NCBI GenBank assembly: GCA_964448705.1
Contig: CAYUZS010000003.1
Coordinates: forward strand, 73,384-137,383
Direction of reading: 5' to 3'
Source: an uncultured Gammaproteobacteria bacterium
Lineage (GTDB): Bacteria > Patescibacteriota > Microgenomatia > UBA12405
DNA length: 64,000 bases
Under the pieces are notes generated by a model, which was not told the DNA's origin, did not search any database, and saw only the letters and a list, made by a program, of their open reading frames with translations. Made by a program: the position numbers and the translations under genes. Below are positions 57,466 through 64,000 of the stretch, one piece after another (positions within the stretch are counted from its first letter, which is position 1; every line of letters begins with the position of its first letter).

Positions 57466-59694
57466 ATGTCTTCTAATTCTGCCTTCACTTTCATGGAAGT
57501 CCGTCTTCCACAAGACAACGAAACTACTCTCGAATCCATGTCCTCTCTCTTGTCCAACTTTACTCAATTTGCCAAACTCAGTTTTTGGGAAAAATTATCC
57601 GGCAAACATTCTCTGGTAGCTTCTCTTGAAGTTGTCCTTATCAACGGTCAAATTCATTTTTATGTTGTCGTCCCCGTCCAAAATTACGATTTCTTTCGTT
57701 CCCAAATTCTCGCCCAATACCCCTCCGCCGTCATCAAAGAATCAAATAATTATTTAATTGACGCAGCAAACAATTTTTCGGAGCACAGCGAACGCGAAGT
57801 TCAATCTCCATCGAACAAGCCCGAAGGTAGCGAGCACCGCAAAAATTTGTTTGCCAGTCAATTAGCTTTAGCCCGCCCATACTCCTATCCCCTCAAAACC
57901 GCCCGTGATTTCCGAGATACCGACCCTCTCTCTTCAGTTCTGGCTCCCCTTTCCCGTTCCACTTCTTCCTCCGATTTTTTTCTCTATCAAATTTTAATCA
58001 GCAATGCTCCTAAAAATTGGCAGGGTAGTATTATTTCCGTCATTCAAAATGGAGTTTTAGTCGACAAAGAAAAAAATTTCCGTCAGGCCCATCCCGACAA
58101 ACAAGTTTTTGAAACCAAAATTCAGTTCCCCGGTCTGTTAACCCAGATCAATATTCTTTCCAATAATCCCACTCTCATCAGTTCGGTCTCCTCCTCTTTT
58201 GGAATCTACACCAGTCCTCGGGGCAATTTTATTCGTACCGTCTCTCCCGGTCTTTTTACCCGTAAAAAAATTCTCAAATCAATTGAAAATCGCCAGTTAA
58301 CCATCAACACCCAAGTTCTAAACACTGAAGAACTGGCTGTTCTTTGGCATTTTCCCAATCAACTCACCAAACTTCCCAACATCGCTTGGGGTAAAAAACT
58401 CTACGCCGATCCGCCGGAAAATCTGCCGGTAGCCACCGGTCTTAGTGATGAAGAAAAATCTCATCTCACCTTTTTTGGCAAAACAGAATTTCATAATCAG
58501 GAAACTATTTTCGGTATCAAAGAGGGTGAAGACCGCCGTCGACATACTTATATTATCGGTAAAAGTGGTACCGGAAAATCAACTTTAATTGCCAACATGG
58601 CTATTGATGACATCCGCAAGGGCCGTGGTGTCGCTATTATCGATCCTCACGGAGACCTTTGCGACAACATCCTCAACTATATTCCCGCCTCCCGCCTCAA
58701 CGATTGCTGTTATTTCAATCCCGCTGATCCCGACTATGTTTATCCTCTAAATGTTTTGGAAGCCAAAAATGAATCTCAGGCAGAACTGGTGGCTTCCGGA
58801 GTTCTTTCTATTTTCAAAAAACTTTACGGCAATTCCTGGGGTCCCCGATTGGAATATATTTTAAGAAATGCCATTCTTACCCTGGTCTTCACCCCGGGTT
58901 CGGACATGACCCATATCGTCGAGATTCTTACCAACAAAGTCTTTCGCGCCAAAGTAGTCGATCAGCTTAAAAATCAAACTCTCAAAAATTTTTGGCTCAA
59001 CGAATACAATGTCATGGATGAAAAGTTCCGGGTGGAAACAATTTCTTCGATCCTCAACAAAGTTGGACAATTTATTGCTTCATCTAATATCAGAAACACC
59101 GTTGCCCACGCTCATTCCAAAATCAATATTGAAGAAATAATGAATCAAAAAAAGATTCTTATTGCTGATTTATCCTCCGGAAAATTAGGTGAAGACAACT
59201 CTGCTCTTCTCGGCGCCATGCTGATTACTCAAATCCAGTTGGCCGCCATGAATCGGGTGTTCCAATCTCAGGACGAACGCTCTGATTTTTACCTCTATGT
59301 TGACGAGTTTCAAAATTTCGCCACCGAAGCCTTTATTAAAATTCTCTCTGAAGCCCGCAAGTTCAAACTTAATCTTATTGTCGCCAATCAGTATATGAGT
59401 CAGCTGGACCGAACCATTCAGGATGCCATTTTTGGCAACGTCGGCTCTTTCCTTTCTTTTGTCGTCGGCAACCAGGATGCTTTTATTCTTCAAAAAGAGT
59501 TTGGCACCAAATTCCCCGCCGAAGATCTGGTTAAAATCGGCAAGTACCAAATAATTTGCAAACTCAGCATTGATTCCGAAACCACCCAGCCGTTTTATGC
59601 CACCACCCTGCCTCCTCTGGATTGCAAAAACCAACAAAAGGATAAACTGATCAAAGTTTCTCAGGAACGTTGGGGAAAGAAAAAGAATTCATAG
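57466..59694 (+). CDS. FtsK/HerA-superfamily P-loop ATPase (VirB4/TraC- or HerA/DUF87-like)
   Basis: The Walker A motif IIGKSGTGKST is mid-protein, followed by IIDPHGDL, the Walker B motif LYVDEFQNF and ARKFKLNLIVANQYMSQL (the conserved Gln of FtsK/HerA/VirB4/VirD4 ATPases). There are no N-terminal TM helices. Confidence 0.5.
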   Translation: MSSNSAFTFMEVRLPQDNETTLESMSSLLSNFTQFAKLSFWEKLSGKHSLVASLEVVLINGQIHFYVVVPVQNYDFFRSQILAQYPSAVIKESNNYLIDAANNFSEHSEREVQSPSNKPEGSEHRKNLFASQLALARPYSYPLKTARDFRDTDPLSSVLAPLSRSTSSSDFFLYQILISNAPKNWQGSIISVIQNGVLVDKEKNFRQAHPDKQVFETKIQFPGLLTQINILSNNPTLISSVSSSFGIYTSPRGNFIRTVSPGLFTRKKILKSIENRQLTINTQVLNTEELAVLWHFPNQLTKLPNIAWGKKLYADPPENLPVATGLSDEEKSHLTFFGKTEFHNQETIFGIKEGEDRRRHTYIIGKSGTGKSTLIANMAIDDIRKGRGVAIIDPHGDLCDNILNYIPASRLNDCCYFNPADPDYVYPLNVLEAKNESQAELVASGVLSIFKKLYGNSWGPRLEYILRNAILTLVFTPGSDMTHIVEILTNKVFRAKVVDQLKNQTLKNFWLNEYNVMDEKFRVETISSILNKVGQFIASSNIRNTVAHAHSKINIEEIMNQKKILIADLSSGKLGEDNSALLGAMLITQIQLAAMNRVFQSQDERSDFYLYVDEFQNFATEAFIKILSEARKFKLNLIVANQYMSQLDRTIQDAIFGNVGSFLSFVVGNQDAFILQKEFGTKFPAEDLVKIGKYQIICKLSIDSETTQPFYATTLPPLDCKNQQKDKLIKVSQERWGKKKNS

Positions 59695-59711
59695 TGTAGT
59701 AGAATAAATTT

Positions 59712-59912
59712 ATGAACGATAAAGTCAATTCTGAAGCCATTCCCTACAACCCTAATCAAATAGAACCTCAAATCATTGATCCTCACACCATTGGTCGTAT
59801 ATCTGCAGCTACCCGTGTTTTTGAGACAGTCCCTGTCAACACTAGAGAGATAATCGATCGTGCTGCTGCCAAAACTGCCCTAGAACAGATCAAAAAACAA
59901 AGGTCAGGCTAA
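59712..59912 (+). CDS. Hypothetical small protein
   Basis: The call rests on the ORF only. It immediately follows the ATPase gene. Confidence 0.2.
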   Translation: MNDKVNSEAIPYNPNQIEPQIIDPHTIGRISAATRVFETVPVNTREIIDRAAAKTALEQIKKQRSG

Positions 59913-60057
59913 TTTTTTGTCAACACATTTTCTCTAAAGTAGGAATTTTTTCCCCAACCCTCAAATTATATCCTTTAGCCGGCCTCAAAGAAATTCCTTG
60001 ATTTAACTTTCTTCTCTTTTCATAATCACCCTACATTACATATTAACTAAGTAAATT

Positions 60058-60276
60058 ATGGCCACTTCCAATGCTGAACTTATAGAAAGATTAAATCAAA
60101 CCGGTTCACATATTGTCAATTCTAAAAAAGAAGCCTGTTCTATTTGTCCTTCACTTCCTATTTGCCGTAAGGTTCGTTCCTGTGAACATGTCAGAATTGA
60201 ACCTGGTGATCGAACATGTCTTGAAACTTTAAAATCCGAAGAAGAAACTTCACTTTATAAAAAAATAAAACGCTAG
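60058..60276 (+). CDS. Hypothetical small Cys-containing protein (CSICPSLPIC...C..H)
   Basis: The call rests on the ORF only. Confidence 0.2.
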   Translation: MATSNAELIERLNQTGSHIVNSKKEACSICPSLPICRKVRSCEHVRIEPGDRTCLETLKSEEETSLYKKIKR

Positions 60277-60897
60277 TCTAAATTTGCCTCTTGACACATC
60301 TTATAAGACATCCTATATTTAATTATTACTAATTAAATAATTCACATGTCAGAAAAAAAGTTCACTCCTGAATCGGCAGTGAAACCTACCTCGGCATCTC
60401 TGCCGGAAACCATAAAGATCGTAGAATCAGGCGATAAACTAGGGATAGCCATTAGGAAAATTATTCCTCTTGATGCCACTCCGGAAGAACTCCAGATCCT
60501 AGACTTGATACTTAATAATTAATCAACCTATATAAATATGCCAGAAAAATTTATAGCCCCTAAAACTTTTTATAAGATAGAATCTCCTACTAGGATTGAT
60601 TTGGAAGTTATTTCTCCCAAACCTAATTTTAGCGGAGAAATTCAAATTCGTTTGCCCGCCGATAAAAAATAAGTTATTTTTTCAAAAAACTATGGCAGAT
60701 TGCAAAGAATTTAACTCCATGTTCGCTGTCGAGGGTAGTTTAAAAACCTGTGGAGTGTGCAGTAAAATAAATGACTGTCAGCTCCCAATGGCACTTCAGA
60801 GGAAGCCATCTATGGAACGCAGTCTCAAACTTCCTAAGCAGGAAAAAGATTTTTACCCTCAATATCCTAACAAAAATCACTAATTTTCGTTAACAGC

Positions 60898-62889
60898 TTA
60901 CGGTCGTTTCCATGCTGCCCACTTACAGTTTGGATAATCCGAACAGCCGAAGAATTTTCTCCCGGTTTTAGTCTTTCGAACCACACCGTCTTTTCCGCAT
61001 ACCGGACATTTAAAACCCGCATCTTCTTGGTATTGACGGGTATATTTGCAGTCAGGAAACCGGCTGCACGACACAAATTTTCCGAATTTTCCCACTCTGA
61101 TCACCAACTCCCCTTCATGGCATTCCGGACATTTTTCACCGGTTTTTTCCACTTCAACTTTCACCCTGTCTGCCGTCTTTTCTACTATTTTAACTTCGCC
61201 TCCAAATTTCTTCCAAAATGTTTCCATCATTTTTTTCCAATCCAATTTGCCCAAAGCTACTTTATCCAAACTTTCCTCCATTTCTGCTGTAAAAGGCAGC
61301 GACATTATTTCCACAAAGTTTTTAACCAAAAATTTAGTTACCGCTGTTCCCAAGCTTGTCGGTTTAAAACGTCCCTCATCCTTTTCCACATATTGTCTCA
61401 CTTGAATCGTAGAAATAATCGGTGCGTAAGTTGACGGCCTGCCGATCCCCTGTTTCTCCAAACTGGCCACCAGAGAAGCATCTGAATATCTTGGCGGAGA
61501 TTGAGTTTCCGACTCTTCAATTTTTATTTTTTGGCTCTTAATTTTTTCTCCAATTTCCATTTTTGGCAGCATTTCTTCTTCAAACTTTTCTCCGGAAATT
61601 TTTAGGAATCCGTCGAATAACATTCTTATTCCGACTGATTTAAATAATCCGGTTCCATTGGAAAAATAAACAGTGGTATTTTTCATTTTTGCCCCTGCTG
61701 CTTGGGTCGCCACTGCCCTTTTCCAGATCATTTGATAGAGTTTTAGTTCTTTGGCATCGACTTCCTCCGGGTTTTCTTTTGATACATTTGTCGGTCTGAT
61801 TGCCTCGTGTGCCTCCTGGGCATTTTTTGAAGTATTTTTATAGGTCCTTACTTTGCCGGCTACATATTCCTCTCCCCATTTGTCAGCAATGTAGTTTCTG
61901 AATTCATCAATCGCCTTAGCCCCCAAATTGACCGAATCGGTACGATGGTAGGTTATCAACCCTTTTTCGTACAATCGTTGCGCTAAGGTCATTGTCTGCT
62001 TTCCCGACCAGCCAAATCTCCTGGCAGCCGTTTGCTGCATTTTAGAAGTGGTAAACGGAGGCAATGGAGTTCTGTTTATTTCTTTTTCTTCAATTTTATC
62101 GATTATGAATTCTTTGTTAAGCCCGGCCACAAATTTATCCGCCTCTTCTCTTAATCCAAAAATAGATTTTGTAAAACTGTAGTCACCATCAAATAATTTC
62201 AGTTTTTGGCTAATATTTACATTTTTATCATTTACTTTAATCAAATCTGCACTAAAAGCGTTTTTACCTTCCTTTTTCAGGATTGCCGTTATTTTGTAAT
62301 ATTTTTCTTTTTTAAAGGCTTCAATTTCTTCCTCTCTTTCCACAATTAGTCTCACTGCTACGCTTTGGACTCGTCCGGCGGACAAACCTTTTCTTATTTT
62401 TTTCCATAATATTGGGCTTAACGAATATCCGACTACTCGATCTAAAACTCTTCTTCCTTGTTGAGCATTAACTAGATCCATGTCTACTTTTCTTTGGTTT
62501 TTCAGAGCTTCTTCTACTGCTGCTTTGGTAATCTCGTGAAAAGTAATCCGGGAAATATTTTTTTCTGTTTTCCTCTTCGTCTGATTTTCTAAAATCCATT
62601 GAACATGCCAGGAAATGGCTTCTCCTTCCCGATCAGGGTCGGTTGCCAAATATATATTTTTAACTTTTTCTGCCGATTTAATTAACGAATCAACCACTTT
62701 CTTTTTTTCCCGGTCAACCACATAGTCCACCACAAAACCATTCTCCACTTCCACTCCCATTTTACTTTTCGGCAAATCCCGCAGGTGGCCGACAGTAGCT
62801 ATCACCTCATAATCAGCTCCCAAATATTTTCCAATCGTTCGCGCCTTGGTCGGAGATTCCACTACTAATAAATTTTTCATACTTGCCAT
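60898..62889 (-). CDS. topA: DNA topoisomerase I
   Basis: A Toprim N-terminus (LLVVESPTKARTIGKYLG) and an active-site Tyr region are present, with C-terminal C4 zinc ribbons (CPECHEGE..C, CPVCGKDG..C). Confidence 0.9.
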   Translation of the reverse strand: MASMKNLLVVESPTKARTIGKYLGADYEVIATVGHLRDLPKSKMGVEVENGFVVDYVVDREKKKVVDSLIKSAEKVKNIYLATDPDREGEAISWHVQWILENQTKRKTEKNISRITFHEITKAAVEEALKNQRKVDMDLVNAQQGRRVLDRVVGYSLSPILWKKIRKGLSAGRVQSVAVRLIVEREEEIEAFKKEKYYKITAILKKEGKNAFSADLIKVNDKNVNISQKLKLFDGDYSFTKSIFGLREEADKFVAGLNKEFIIDKIEEKEINRTPLPPFTTSKMQQTAARRFGWSGKQTMTLAQRLYEKGLITYHRTDSVNLGAKAIDEFRNYIADKWGEEYVAGKVRTYKNTSKNAQEAHEAIRPTNVSKENPEEVDAKELKLYQMIWKRAVATQAAGAKMKNTTVYFSNGTGLFKSVGIRMLFDGFLKISGEKFEEEMLPKMEIGEKIKSQKIKIEESETQSPPRYSDASLVASLEKQGIGRPSTYAPIISTIQVRQYVEKDEGRFKPTSLGTAVTKFLVKNFVEIMSLPFTAEMEESLDKVALGKLDWKKMMETFWKKFGGEVKIVEKTADRVKVEVEKTGEKCPECHEGELVIRVGKFGKFVSCSRFPDCKYTRQYQEDAGFKCPVCGKDGVVRKTKTGRKFFGCSDYPNCKWAAWKRP

Positions 62890-62895
62890 TGTTAT

Positions 62896-63303
62896 CTATT
62901 GTAAACTGTGTGTCAAGTCGGTCATTTCCAATAAAGGTACTGCTCCGTTTTTAATCAGATAATTTGTCATTCGTGAATTTTCATCAATAATCCTTCCCGG
63001 CACTGCCCATACTTCTTTCCCTAGATCTAAAAAACATTTGGCTGCCAATATGGTTCCGCTTTTCAAACTTCCTTCAATTACTACCAACAAATCGGAATAA
63101 TTAGCCAAGTCATTATTTAATTTTTCAAAATTATCCCCCTTAAACACTTTATCCGCTCCTAATCGGACCACTTCCCGGTTACAGCCGGCCACTAAAATTG
63201 TCACCACCTCCGCTTTATCTTTCAGCTCCTTCATCACCATCCCGATTACTGTTTTCCCGTAAGGACTCATCCTCCGACTCCCTATTATCGCCACCCGTTT
63301 CAT
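62896..63303 (-). CDS. Minimal DprA/Smf-like (SLOG/Rossmann) protein
   Basis: AIIGSRRMSPYG and LLVVIEGSLKSGTILAAKCFLDLGKEVWAVPGRI match the DprA Rossmann-domain ends. The central GIDAAAH segment is absent. It shows the classic dprA-topA adjacency. Confidence 0.45.
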   Translation of the reverse strand: MKRVAIIGSRRMSPYGKTVIGMVMKELKDKAEVVTILVAGCNREVVRLGADKVFKGDNFEKLNNDLANYSDLLVVIEGSLKSGTILAAKCFLDLGKEVWAVPGRIIDENSRMTNYLIKNGAVPLLEMTDLTHSLQ

Positions 63304-63346
63304 GACATATTAAAACCCTTGTTTTCCCCTCTTGTCAAAGTCTTAT

Positions 63347-63400
63347 TCCCCTCTTGCTTGCCCGCCTCTGGAGGGTCAAAGAGGGGTTAGGGGAGATTGT
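63347..63400. repeat. GC-rich ~53-nt repeated intergenic element, copy 2
   Basis: See copy 1 at 51620-51675. It lies in the 5' leader of the dprA-like gene. Confidence 0.6.
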
Positions 63401-64000
63401 TATTCTCCCATTTCATTATTACTGTATCTTGGTACCACTGTATTCGGTTCGTCAAACCATTCTTTCAGAATATCTCCCACAATCGGTGCGGCCACATCGC
63501 TTCCTTCACCGCCCCTCTCCACCATCACCGTAATCGAAATTTCCGGATCATCCGCCGGTGCAAAAGCTGTCAGCCAGGCATGAGAATCGCCGCTGCCGTC
63601 GCCCACCTCGGCTGTTCCGGTCTTGCAGGCAATTTGAGTTTTGAAATTATACAAAGGCCACGCAGTGCCTCCGGGTTTACAGGCCGCCAGCATTCCTTCT
63701 TTTATTGTTTGTATTGTTTCCCGGCTTATCCCTAAATTTTGGCATTCAGTTTGATTGTCGTTAATCACACTCATCTTACATTTCACCCCATTATTGGCAA
63801 TAATATTGGTTGATTGATTAACCTGTAACGGAGTAACATCCAAAAATCCCTGTCCTATCGAAAAATGATATGTGTCTCCCAGATACCACCTTTCCCCCCG
63901 ATTATCCCGTTTCCACTGGTCATCCGGAACAATTCCGGAATTTTCACTCGTCATCTCAACTCCGGTTTCCTGTCCATAACCGTATTTCATTGCCCAATTC
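63400..64000 (-). CDS. Penicillin-binding protein transpeptidase domain, C-terminal part (gene continues beyond window end)
   Basis: The KTGTAE motif (CKTGTAEVG) and the FGYGQETG motif are present. The ORF runs to the window edge, so the gene is partial. Confidence 0.7.
   Translation of the reverse strand, partial: NWAMKYGYGQETGVEMTSENSGIVPDDQWKRDNRGERWYLGDTYHFSIGQGFLDVTPLQVNQSTNIIANNGVKCKMSVINDNQTECQNLGISRETIQTIKEGMLAACKPGGTAWPLYNFKTQIACKTGTAEVGDGSGDSHAWLTAFAPADDPEISITVMVERGGEGSDVAAPIVGDILKEWFDEPNTVVPRYSNNEMGE

Noticed and set aside
1-64000. CRISPR arrays, rRNA genes, IS elements
   Set aside because: I found no regularly spaced direct repeats, rRNA signature sequences, transposase ORFs or terminal inverted repeats.

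Overview
This is a low-GC, gene-dense bacterial chromosomal window. The gene content and several compact or truncated housekeeping proteins look like a small-genome, CPR/Patescibacteria-like organism; that is inference, not a database result. The standard genetic code appears to be in use, because long genes read through intact.

Housekeeping backbone: gyrB-gyrA, a tyrosine recombinase, yebC, an RluA pseudouridine synthase, lspA-like and lgt-like genes, dksA/traR, tRNA-Leu(CAA), dnaB, tRNA-His(GUG) directly upstream of hisS, rpmE, a domain-1-less RF1, htrA, ctpA, an rpsF-ssb-rpsR operon, cysS, a dnaX-ybaB-recR operon, a ybeY-like gene, rpsU, rpsB-tsf-frr-rseP, and topA with a minimal dprA-like gene. 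A PBP transpeptidase fragment runs off the window end.

Accessory content:
(1) A five-gene cluster of secreted Thr/Pro-rich proteins at 29.0-34.3 kb carries dockerin-like double EF-hand modules, cohesin-like beta-sandwich modules and one LPXTG sortase anchor.
(2) A ~14 kb surface-glycan locus at 34.3-48.9 kb includes a priming sugar transferase, a Wzy-like ligase, a WecB/TagA-family enzyme, three GT4 and one GT2 glycosyltransferases, a radical SAM/SPASM enzyme, a methyltransferase, a PLP decarboxylase and a Wzm/Wzt-type ABC exporter. The ATPase of that exporter is fused to a Ser/His S26 signal-peptidase-like domain.
(3) Next to the glycan locus and downstream of rseP sit an unannotated 35-aa six-cysteine peptide gene, a PqqD-like RRE protein and a QueC-like PP-loop ATPase. 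This looks like a candidate novel RiPP-like system.
(4) An ~8 kb block of unknown genes lies between rpsB and topA. It holds Cys-rich small proteins, a pilin-like membrane protein, a HerA/VirB4-like ATPase and a conspicuous ~0.7 kb GC-rich noncoding island that is probably a structured RNA.

Also present are a 53-nt GC-rich element repeated in two 5' leaders, and AT-rich motif-laden flanks around the recombinase gene. No rRNA genes, CRISPR arrays or recognisable IS elements were seen.
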